Shown in pieces: positions 1 to 8,175 of a stretch of 55,116 bases of DNA. The DNA is from a virus (lineage: Duplodnaviria > Caudoviricetes), in IMG/VR virus record IMGVR_UViG_3300012930_000005, positions 1-55,116 of that record; one strand, written 5' to 3'. Positions within the stretch are counted from its first letter, which is position 1, and each line of letters opens with the position of its first letter. A program made the position numbers and the translations under genes. The notes under the pieces were generated by a model. That model was not told the DNA's origin. It worked only from the letters and a program-made list of their open reading frames with translations, and ran no database searches.

Positions 1-123
1 GAACAACGCCGTAAACCAGGCGACGACTGCCAACATCAGTTGAAGAGAATGGGATTCATCTTCCACCACCGCATGGTCCAGTACGACAATCGCAAGGTGG
101 ATGAGAACGCTTCGAACAAGGAA
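1..123. repeat. Terminal direct repeat (copy 1), identical to 54994-55116; circular assembly overlap
   Basis: gaacaacgcc...ttcgaacaaggaa is present at both contig ends; lies inside terL. Confidence 0.97.
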
Positions 124-459
124 TGATGGTTCACGAACACGTGGAGTCGTCCAATGCTCCTCGGAAGATTTATCGACGCGGTTGAGAACGGATGGCTTAT
201 CCTGAACTCACCATTCCTCATAGAAGAGGTGAAGTCCTTCGAAAGGAAGCTTACCGGCTCAGGTATGAGCAGGATTGAGCATCAACAAGATAAGAAAGAC
301 GACAGGATCTTCGCTCAAGCTATGGCATACTTCACCCGTCACGCTATGGATGTGATGCTGCAGAGAGCGAAGAAGCGCTACAACCTACCGAAAGGAAAAC
401 AACCCGTAATTGACACCACTCCGCACCAAGGGATGACGATCAACTTCGGAGGACTCTAA
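1..459 (+). CDS. terL: Terminase large subunit, 3' part (RNase H-like nuclease end); in-frame TGA at 124-126
   Basis: Same frame as 53341; reads ...NKE*WFTNTWSRPMLL...DKKDDRIFAQAMA, a typical TerL C-terminus. Confidence 0.88.
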
Positions 460-911
460 TGACTGATACCGCCACTATCACCGGATATACGCCTACCAAA
501 GCCGGGGCTAACGCTCACGGCCGAATTGAAACCATTGTGTACTTTGTCGCAGAGGACGGCTTCATCATCCTCGCGTTCAAGACCGACCAACCGACGCCAC
601 TTGGGTTCATGCGATGTGAAGCCAGTACTCTGGCGGAAGCAAGCTCTTTATCGAGGCGATTCAGCGAGCAACAACTCCGCAAGTTCTCCAAGATGGATAA
701 GCATGAGATGGTGAACCGTGAGAACTTCTTCGGAGGTTGTATCCGGCGAGCACGTACTACGATCAGCAAGTCCGCCACGACTCAAAAAGAAAAGGATTTC
801 CTGCGAAATAAGATGATTCCGCAGTGGGAAGCATCGATCAAGGAAACCCGGATCATGCGTGAGTTCTACTTCCACGCCGAAGCATATGAAGCTGGACACG
901 GAGACGACTAG
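459..911 (+). CDS. Hypothetical protein between terL and portal
   Basis: 150 aa ORF, TAATG coupling, RBS ggagga. Confidence 0.75.
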   Translation: MTDTATITGYTPTKAGANAHGRIETIVYFVAEDGFIILAFKTDQPTPLGFMRCEASTLAEASSLSRRFSEQQLRKFSKMDKHEMVNRENFFGGCIRRARTTISKSATTQKEKDFLRNKMIPQWEASIKETRIMREFYFHAEAYEAGHGDD

Positions 912-913
912 TC

Positions 914-2965
914 ATGGCAAAGCAAGATAGGCATTGGCAGGTACCACCATTCACGGCTTCGCCACAGGTACGCATGGCCTGGATACGCGATATCAACAGC
1001 GAAGCAGAGATGTGGATGAAGGGCCAAAATGCGTATAGGAACATACAAGCCAACCTAGCGCTTATTGCCGGTCAGCAGCCGCATAACGAAGAGCGATCAT
1101 CGCTACGAACGAACAAGCTGAAGTACAGCATCCGTAAGATCGTTGCAACTCTCGCACAGATCAAAGAAATAGGCACGTACGGCTCGGATGTAACGGAGTT
1201 CCAGAAGCAAGCAGAACAGCAGAACAGAGTCGTCAAAGCGATCTACAACGAGAGTTACTTCTCTCGCAACGTACGCAAGGCTCTGCAGTACGCAATGCCG
1301 ACCGGATGCGGGTACATCTGGACCAAGTACAAGAGAGGAAACTACGGATTCGGAGAAGGTAAGATCTACTTCGAACCGATGGGTCTTCTGGACGTGCTTC
1401 CGTTCCAGATGGACGACACCAACAGCATTCAGAGTTCCTATGCATGTACCTGCATCAAGTTCATGCCTATAGCGGAAGCTCATGCACGCTTCCCGCAGTT
1501 CGCTTCCTCTCTCATCCCAGTATCCAAAGGCCGCTATGACACTACGGTAGGGACCAGGCGTCTGGATATGGCTGAGATGTTCCGGTACGGCAGCACAAGC
1601 ACCAACTGGGCGGCTCTAAACTGCGAGATTCACTACACCTTCGTGCGCGATACCTCGACAAACGTCACCGGCCAGAAGATAGCGATGGGAACAGAGGGTA
1701 CGAGCTGGTATTACGAGATTCCGAGCAAAGGCGACTTGATAGCCGACTTCAACGGGAAAACGAAGATAGCAGACTACGAAGATGCGATGCTGTATCCGAA
1801 TCTTCGCCTCATGATTTCGTCGCCGTGCATGGATATTCCGATGTACGACGGACCGGCATTTGACTGGCACGGTGAGATTCCTCCGATTCAGTACTGCGTG
1901 GACGACTGGCCGTGGGAAGGGCTTGGCTACTCTCTGGTTGGAGACATCTCCTCCATCGAAGTAGCGAAACAGCGTGTCGAGCGCGGCATGGATCAGGTCG
2001 CAAAACACCGTCTAGATCCGGCACTCGCCTATGATCTTGGCGCGGGTCTCGGCACTAATCAGATGCAGACGCTAGACCCGTTCGAAGAGCGTTTGCGCCT
2101 GGGAATCCAGGGTAAGCCGAGAGACATGATCGACACCCTTCTGCCGGATGAGCTGTTGAACGTCCCAGAATGGATATTCAAGTACTACGAAGTCCTCGAC
2201 TCTCTGATCGACAAACAGCTTGGTCTCCAGGATCTTGGGAACCTGCAGAATATGAAGCTGAACGTCCAGGGAGAGCAAGCAGACAAGATGCTCTCAGAGA
2301 TTGGACCTCTGGCTAAGGACATCGAAGCTGGTATTGAGATCTGCAACGCACAAATCGCACACCAGTTGAAGTTCATTGTGCCGCAGTACTTCACAACGAA
2401 GCGGATGATGCAGTACATCGGACCGGACAAGATGAACCTGTCCACGTTCGACTTTGATCCGCAGTACCTCATCCCTGCACACATGCCGGAAGAGCTTGCG
2501 TCGTTCTCTCCGAACCTGGCTCTCCTTCCTCCATCGAACTATTCAATGCTTGAACGCGGCCGCAGGTTCGCAAAGAACCTTCGCCTATCGAGCGTTGCTG
2601 GAAGCGGTCATGAGATGACTGCAATGCAGGATCAGTTGAAGTATCTGCAGCTCTACCGTATGCCGAACTTCCCGATATCTCCGCACACCGTTGCGAAGAA
2701 GTTGGGTATCGAGAACTTCGGTGATATCGAGGGCGCAACAGAGGTTGAGAAGTGGGAGAACTGGCAGAAGAAGATGATTGAACTGAAAGCCGGTGCTGCT
2801 GAACTTCAACAAGCGGTAATGCCAGCACAGCCTGATCAGGGCGGTGGTGGTCCACAAAAAGGTGGAGGAGTGAATGGCCGACCAGCGAGCGGTAAGAAGC
2901 CGCCGAAGTTAGTACAAAAGGGCAAGAATAGCGGTAATCCGCGCACCACAATTACAGAGTCATAA
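914..2965 (+). CDS. Portal protein (P22-like)
   Basis: 683 aa, follows terL, helical; WEGLGYSLV clip-type segment; Q/G/P-rich tail; synteny. Confidence 0.82.
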   Translation: MAKQDRHWQVPPFTASPQVRMAWIRDINSEAEMWMKGQNAYRNIQANLALIAGQQPHNEERSSLRTNKLKYSIRKIVATLAQIKEIGTYGSDVTEFQKQAEQQNRVVKAIYNESYFSRNVRKALQYAMPTGCGYIWTKYKRGNYGFGEGKIYFEPMGLLDVLPFQMDDTNSIQSSYACTCIKFMPIAEAHARFPQFASSLIPVSKGRYDTTVGTRRLDMAEMFRYGSTSTNWAALNCEIHYTFVRDTSTNVTGQKIAMGTEGTSWYYEIPSKGDLIADFNGKTKIADYEDAMLYPNLRLMISSPCMDIPMYDGPAFDWHGEIPPIQYCVDDWPWEGLGYSLVGDISSIEVAKQRVERGMDQVAKHRLDPALAYDLGAGLGTNQMQTLDPFEERLRLGIQGKPRDMIDTLLPDELLNVPEWIFKYYEVLDSLIDKQLGLQDLGNLQNMKLNVQGEQADKMLSEIGPLAKDIEAGIEICNAQIAHQLKFIVPQYFTTKRMMQYIGPDKMNLSTFDFDPQYLIPAHMPEELASFSPNLALLPPSNYSMLERGRRFAKNLRLSSVAGSGHEMTAMQDQLKYLQLYRMPNFPISPHTVAKKLGIENFGDIEGATEVEKWENWQKKMIELKAGAAELQQAVMPAQPDQGGGGPQKGGGVNGRPASGKKPPKLVQKGKNSGNPRTTITES

Positions 2966-2979
2966 CAGGGAGAAACGCC

Positions 2980-3246
2980 ATGACACCGACCGCACCGCCG
3001 ACAGAAAAGCCAGTTGTAGTTCCATATGATCCAGACAGAGATGTCGAAGATTACGTGATAACCGAGAGCGTCTTCCCGCCAATGGAAGACCTCAATCTGC
3101 TCAAAGGATTCCTGAAGAAAGCCAAAACTACAGGAACGCTGAGAGTGGATTTCTCGCAGGGAACGATCAATAGAGTGTTCCTTCAGGAGAAGTCTTTGAA
3201 GGCAGATTTCGATCATGATGAGCGATCTGTAGGAGAACAACCGTAA
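2980..3246 (+). CDS. Hypothetical protein
   Basis: 88 aa, RBS agggag. Confidence 0.7.
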   Translation: MTPTAPPTEKPVVVPYDPDRDVEDYVITESVFPPMEDLNLLKGFLKKAKTTGTLRVDFSQGTINRVFLQEKSLKADFDHDERSVGEQP

Positions 3247-3265
3247 AGATAAATCTCGAATTTGT

Positions 3266-3294
3266 TTGACAACGTGTGAACACACGCGTAGAAC
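3266..3294 (+). promoter_or_regulatory. Sigma70-like promoter with a palindromic operator in the spacer
   Basis: TTGACA-17bp-TAGAAC; spacer contains CGTGTG-AA-CACACG. Confidence 0.6.
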
Positions 3295-3335
3295 CACAAA
3301 TAGAGATTCGCTACGTCCTCCTTTGGTGGTTACGC

Positions 3336-3381
3336 AAGCGGCTCGGATACAGCCTAACGGCTTCCGAGCCGCTTTTGCTTT
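3336..3381 (+). terminator. Intrinsic terminator/attenuator hairpin in the leader of the head operon
   Basis: 12-bp stem aagcggctcgga/tccgagccgctt followed by ttgcttt. Confidence 0.65.
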
Positions 3382-3404
3382 ATCCCAGACACAGGAGAAA
3401 CGAC

Positions 3405-3512
3405 ATGGCTCGCAAACACAAGCTGACAATCAAGGGTGCTCCGACCTCGAAGCACATGGGCAAAAAGCACAAGGGCGGCAAAAAGGGACACAAGAAGCAC
3501 TACAAGCGCTAA
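3405..3512 (+). CDS. Small highly basic K/H-rich peptide (35 aa), putative DNA-condensing core protein
   Basis: RBS aggag; MARKHKLTIKGAPTSKHMGKKHKGGKKGHKKHYKR. Confidence 0.75.
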   Translation: MARKHKLTIKGAPTSKHMGKKHKGGKKGHKKHYKR

Positions 3513-3517
3513 CAACT

Positions 3518-3546
3518 AGGGCCAGCCTTTCGAGGTTGGCCCTTTC
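3518..3546 (+). terminator. Stem-loop with UUCG loop (terminator or stabiliser)
   Basis: agggccagcct-ttcg-aggttggccct. Confidence 0.55.
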
Positions 3547-3576
3547 GCGTTTCCCTACACGAAAAGGATCATCATC

Positions 3577-3864
3577 ATGGCATCAGCTCCAGTAACTCCG
3601 AATCCGGCACCACAAGGCGCACCAGATCCTAACGCCGGTGGAGGAGCACCAGACCCCAACGCACAAGGTGGTGGTCAGCCAGCCGGTGGAGTCCCAGAGC
3701 CGGTTCGCATGATGGCTGCGATTGCAAGACTCGCGCAGCAAATCTCCCAAACCACGGCGGCTGTATCGCCTGAGATGCAGCAGATCACGCAGCTTGCTCA
3801 GACCTCGATACGCAAGTTCGTCATTCAATCACAGCAGCAGCAACCTCAAGCACCGCCACTGTAG
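3577..3864 (+). CDS. P/Q/G-rich hypothetical head-assembly protein
   Basis: 95 aa, RBS aaagga, GAPDPNA repeated twice. Confidence 0.7.
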   Translation: MASAPVTPNPAPQGAPDPNAGGGAPDPNAQGGGQPAGGVPEPVRMMAAIARLAQQISQTTAAVSPEMQQITQLAQTSIRKFVIQSQQQQPQAPPL

Positions 3865-3882
3865 TAAACGAGGGAACCCGCC

Positions 3883-4734
3883 ATGACTACCGAAGAAATT
3901 CTAAAAGACGCAGGGTTTTCGGAAGAGGACATCAAAGCCCTCGACCCGAAGATCATTGCAGGTGTCGGAAAGGTAGCTACAGAGTCCGCATCTATGCGAG
4001 CTGCAGCCGCCGCCGACAAAGCTACAGCAGATGAAGAGAAGCGTCGTATGGAAGCCTGGTTCAACGAAGACGTTATCCCTCAGATCAACACGAACTATAG
4101 CGAAGTCGCTTCGGCGAAAGCGACGGCTGAGTTCTACCGGCTCCAGAATGAGGGAGCGAGAGCCCAGGGCTTCGTTCCGAAGGATGCACCCGGATACGTC
4201 CCGGGAACCAAGACCGTTCCTAACAACGAACAGCAGCCGCGTGGTGAGGGGGGTCAATTCGTGCAGAACCAAGAGGTAGCAGGAAGCAAGTTCATCACGA
4301 AGGAAGACTTCTACAGCGCCATCACAAATTCGCAGTGGGCCGTGAATGAGTACTCTCGTCTCTACCCCGGACAGACCATCCCAGACGACATCCAGGTACT
4401 CGGAACCGAAGCGCAGAATCTTCGCAAGCCGTTCCGCGATCACGTCTCAGACAAATACAAATTCGAAGCTCGCCGTCAGGAGATTCAGGCTGCAAAGCAG
4501 CAAGAGCATGACGACAAGATCCGCAAGGATGAGCGCGAAAAGGTGGTAAAGGAAAACGCAGAGAAGTATGGGCCGAACCCAGATCTGCGTGTACCGCAAG
4601 GCGTGTCGAGCTTCTCCACTATCAGGGAGAATCCGAACGTCAACAAGAATCCAGGGAGCATGAACCCGAATGAGCGCCGTGCGGCTGTACGCAAGTTCAT
4701 TCAGGAACGTGTTTCGCAGCAAACAATTCAGTAA
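3883..4734 (+). CDS. Capsid scaffolding protein (putative)
   Basis: 283 aa charged coiled-coil immediately upstream of the MCP. Confidence 0.7.
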   Translation: MTTEEILKDAGFSEEDIKALDPKIIAGVGKVATESASMRAAAAADKATADEEKRRMEAWFNEDVIPQINTNYSEVASAKATAEFYRLQNEGARAQGFVPKDAPGYVPGTKTVPNNEQQPRGEGGQFVQNQEVAGSKFITKEDFYSAITNSQWAVNEYSRLYPGQTIPDDIQVLGTEAQNLRKPFRDHVSDKYKFEARRQEIQAAKQQEHDDKIRKDEREKVVKENAEKYGPNPDLRVPQGVSSFSTIRENPNVNKNPGSMNPNERRAAVRKFIQERVSQQTIQ

Positions 4735-4749
4735 TCGGGAAGGTAAGTC

Positions 4750-5931
4750 ATGGCAGATCCGCTATTCAATGAACTTTCAGCGACGACAAAGGTGGATATT
4801 CGTAATGCCGTCGTCTGGAACAACTACTGGGTTGACACCCCACTGCAGGATCACCTGCGTCGTAATGGAGCTGTAGACCCGTTCCTGGGCGGCAGCTCAA
4901 TGCAGGAGCCGATTCTCTATGGCGGACCGGACGGTGGCGCAATCAACCCCGGACAGACCGTAACTGTAACGCGTAAGCAGATCGTTGCTGCGTTCCAGTT
5001 CATGCCAAAGGCGTATGCATCGTGGTTCTCTTACGATGACTTCGAAATGGCACCCGATGAGGGCGGCGTCATGAACAGCGGTGAGCCAGCAGCGGTTGAC
5101 CTCTACCAGGTATACGTCGAAGGTCTGACGAGCCGGTTGAACACGCTGAATGAGCTTGACTTCTTCCGTCACGGACAGGCTTCGGCCACCAATGGCGGCG
5201 GAGCCGGTGTGGCTGATGATCGTTCGCTCGCTATCAACGGAGCTGCTGAAGCTTGTAACGATGGATTCACCCCATCATGGGATGGAAACATCTTCACAAA
5301 CTACGGCGCTCAGGTTCGTAACGGCGCGGTCCAGAACACCATCAACTCCATCCCGTACTTCTTCGGAAACCCTGACGGTTCGGCCGGTCAGATCAGCTTC
5401 GAGGGAATGCTGGAGATGTACCAGGGCTCATTCGAGCGGCCTGACATCGGAGTAACGTCCAAGATTGGATATACGTACATTGCAGCGCTCTATCAGCGTC
5501 AGCAGCGTTACGATACGTCGATCACAAAGGGCGATGGAATCCGCTGGAAGGGTCTGCAGTTCGAGGATGCGATCATCTATGACGACTGGCTCACTCCTTC
5601 GGCAGTTGACCCCGGCTACTTGCCAACGTCGTTGGTGGGCTCGGTCGGCGGTCAGCCCAACCTCACCGGCTCCTTCCTCTCACCAGCGAATCCTTCGCCA
5701 GCATCTCACCTTCCGGCGAGTACGAACATCACCGTCGGCGAGACGCTCTGGTTTCTCCACGGCGCAAGCTGGAAGATGAGAGCGACGAACAAGAAAGCGT
5801 GGTTCTTCGGTATCCGCGAGACTCAGGCTTACGACAACGTGAGCATGAACGCGATCTACATGAAGTGGGCCGGTAACATCTACAGCCCGATACCACGTAA
5901 CAATCGTCAGGGCTACGGATTTACCAGCTAA
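4750..5931 (+). CDS. Major capsid protein
   Basis: 393 aa; position after scaffold; HK97-fold-like composition; strong codon bias. Confidence 0.82.
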   Translation: MADPLFNELSATTKVDIRNAVVWNNYWVDTPLQDHLRRNGAVDPFLGGSSMQEPILYGGPDGGAINPGQTVTVTRKQIVAAFQFMPKAYASWFSYDDFEMAPDEGGVMNSGEPAAVDLYQVYVEGLTSRLNTLNELDFFRHGQASATNGGGAGVADDRSLAINGAAEACNDGFTPSWDGNIFTNYGAQVRNGAVQNTINSIPYFFGNPDGSAGQISFEGMLEMYQGSFERPDIGVTSKIGYTYIAALYQRQQRYDTSITKGDGIRWKGLQFEDAIIYDDWLTPSAVDPGYLPTSLVGSVGGQPNLTGSFLSPANPSPASHLPASTNITVGETLWFLHGASWKMRATNKKAWFFGIRETQAYDNVSMNAIYMKWAGNIYSPIPRNNRQGYGFTS

Positions 5932-5949
5932 TTTTCAGGAGATAGGTCG

Positions 5950-6768
5950 ATGTCAAACAAGCGGCTTGAATTTATACGGGGACCACTGAACCTGTCGAAC
6001 GATACGACAGATGGAGCCTTCACTGATCCGATTTCGGGTCAGAAGGTTCCTGGTGGTGGTCTCATCCTGGGTGACTACATCGAGCTAACCGATGCAGAAG
6101 CTCTAACCGTCTGCGACATCCCGACAGGTATCCTGTTCGGAGGTCGTTACCGACGCATCAAGCTGGATGCTGGAGCTACAGTTGCGAACGTCCTCAAGGG
6201 CAACGCAGCATTCGTAGTCCCAGGATCTTCAGTGTTCAATGTCGTCGCTACGGTAGTCGGTGTGGCGCTGACTCCTGGTACCTATCTCGTCAACGCTACT
6301 GGCGGCGGCGGAACCGGTGCTCAGATTTCAGTTGTAGTCGGTGCTGGTGGCACTGTTACGAGCACCACGCTTGTCAACGGTGGAAAGAACTACACCACGA
6401 CTCCGACGTTCACCCTTGCTGCAGGTGGAACGACCAATGCCACCTTCGTTGTCTTTATGGTCATCAACGATTACATCGTGACCACATCGAACATCGTTGG
6501 AGTCAACCTTTCCCAGGGACGCGGCGTGTTTCTCAACGTCATTACTCCTGGAAACTATGGTTGGATTCAGGAGAACGGTATCGCAACGTTCAACGTATCC
6601 ACGGCGGCGGGAGCTATAGGGGCACTTGTGACTGCGGTACAGGCCAGCAGCACATTCATCACGGCTGTTGCCGGACCTGCCTCACCAACATTCTTCGGAA
6701 CTGCATCGGATACTCCGGTAGTCGGCCTCGTACGCGGCTTGCTGGATCTTGCGGTGTGGCCGAGCTAA
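5950..6768 (+). CDS. Capsid decoration/cement protein with an inserted Gly/Thr-rich beta domain
   Basis: Follows MCP; GNYGWIQENG cement-type motif; insert GGGGTGA...GGKNYTTTPT. Confidence 0.6.
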   Translation: MSNKRLEFIRGPLNLSNDTTDGAFTDPISGQKVPGGGLILGDYIELTDAEALTVCDIPTGILFGGRYRRIKLDAGATVANVLKGNAAFVVPGSSVFNVVATVVGVALTPGTYLVNATGGGGTGAQISVVVGAGGTVTSTTLVNGGKNYTTTPTFTLAAGGTTNATFVVFMVINDYIVTTSNIVGVNLSQGRGVFLNVITPGNYGWIQENGIATFNVSTAAGAIGALVTAVQASSTFITAVAGPASPTFFGTASDTPVVGLVRGLLDLAVWPS

Positions 6769-6777
6769 GGGGGCTCT

Positions 6778-7095
6778 ATGTCGGGAACAGGACTAAAGGG
6801 TTACCCTTGCAGCATGGGCGGCAAGGTCGCTAAGGTGGGATTCATCAATGGGCCGGTACTGTACGTACCGGGTCCAACCGGTGGACTTCCCGTCCTCGAC
6901 ACTGCTTTTCGTAGCCTCGACTTTGTGTCGGCAGGAATTACGAGGAGTGGACTTTATTCGGTTGAAGCACAGCCCATTACTATCGGCAATGGAAAGCAGT
7001 GGAGACTGCGTTTCTTCGTCATAGCTACTGGACTGGAAGCTGCGGCTATCAACCTATCCGCTGAAGTGGTTCAGTTCTTGATTATCGGCGGATAA
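6778..7095 (+). CDS. Small virion structural protein
   Basis: 105 aa beta-rich; last gene before a terminator. Confidence 0.6.
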   Translation: MSGTGLKGYPCSMGGKVAKVGFINGPVLYVPGPTGGLPVLDTAFRSLDFVSAGITRSGLYSVEAQPITIGNGKQWRLRFFVIATGLEAAAINLSAEVVQFLIIGG

Positions 7096-7121
7096 ACGAC
7101 GTTTCACGGCGGTACGGCGGG

Positions 7122-7157
7122 AGGGGAATTTCGCGTGGCGGCGAGGTTCCCCTTTTT
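7122..7157 (+). terminator. Rho-independent terminator after the capsid genes
   Basis: aggggaatttcgc/gcgaggttcccct stem followed by tttt. Confidence 0.75.
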
Positions 7158-7168
7158 ATGTTGGGGGA

Positions 7169-8173
7169 ATGGATATGGCGTTCATTGATATGTGGCGAGA
7201 GATAGCGATAGAACTTGGTCCGATGCCTGGTGCGCTCGCTCGAACGAAGGTCAATGAAGCTCTAGGATTGGTGTACGACGAGAACAGATGGAGCTTCCAG
7301 CTTGGTACGAGCGGATGGCTTACACCTGGTCTACTGGGACCGCAGGGAACGACAGGGACGAGCCCTGGTCTTATCACGATAGCTCCATACTCAAACCAGG
7401 TTGTCGGTGATCCTACAGCGGCTACAGCGTGGCAGAATCTAATCGGTCGGCCGTTCATCTCGGAGATGCAGTTCCGCATCCCAGAGTTCGAGCTATACGA
7501 CATCATCGCGTTCGACGGTGTAAACACGCTGACCCTCGATAGACCGTGGATGGAGCCGAACCAGTTGAATCAGGGGTACATGATCTACCAGGCGTACTTC
7601 CCTGTGCCGGTGCAGGACTTCAGATCGTTTATTGCGATTAGAGATTTCACGAATACGCGTAACCTCGACTTCTCAAAGACGACTCGCGCTGACATGGCTG
7701 TGATCGACCCGCAGCGTATCGTATTCCAGCAGCCGACGAGAGCAGTGCCATTCGATCAGGATCATCGTCCAAACAGTGCGACGCCCGGATGGATGCGTTA
7801 TGAGCTGTGGCCGCATCCTCTATCCCAGTTGCCGTACTCGCTGGCGTTCATGAGGCGTGGTCCACTGCTGGTGAATCCATCGGACATGGTCCCGTATCCG
7901 TTCACGGAGGAGATGATCAAGTGGAGAGGGAAGAGCGTCTCGTATCTCTGGAAGGAGTCACAGAAGGGCGTAGACATGCAACGAGGTGCAGGAGCGAACT
8001 GGACGTTCCTGTCTCAAGCGGCCGACAAGCAATACACAAAGCTGTTACGACAAGCGCAGAGCAACGATAGAGACTTGTACAACCTGTACTGGACGAAGCT
8101 GAGACGTAACGGATGGGGAGAGGTTGGTCCATTCTTCTCTTCGGATGGTCACAATCTAACCATCGGGGGATAG
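7169..8173 (+). CDS. Head-tail adaptor-like virion protein
   Basis: 334 aa; adaptor-like N-terminal helices and ELWPHP motif; synteny. Confidence 0.55.
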   Translation: MDMAFIDMWREIAIELGPMPGALARTKVNEALGLVYDENRWSFQLGTSGWLTPGLLGPQGTTGTSPGLITIAPYSNQVVGDPTAATAWQNLIGRPFISEMQFRIPEFELYDIIAFDGVNTLTLDRPWMEPNQLNQGYMIYQAYFPVPVQDFRSFIAIRDFTNTRNLDFSKTTRADMAVIDPQRIVFQQPTRAVPFDQDHRPNSATPGWMRYELWPHPLSQLPYSLAFMRRGPLLVNPSDMVPYPFTEEMIKWRGKSVSYLWKESQKGVDMQRGAGANWTFLSQAADKQYTKLLRQAQSNDRDLYNLYWTKLRRNGWGEVGPFFSSDGHNLTIGG

Positions 8174-8175
8174 GC

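Noticed and set aside
1-123. Biological direct terminal repeat of the virion DNA
   Set aside because: It lies in the middle of terL and is best explained as a circular assembly overlap
124-126. Genome-wide TGA reassignment (genetic code 4 or 25)
   Set aside because: TGA is used as a normal stop in many genes (e.g. 14438-14440, 17604-17606, several ATGA overlaps), and long genes are intact under code 11
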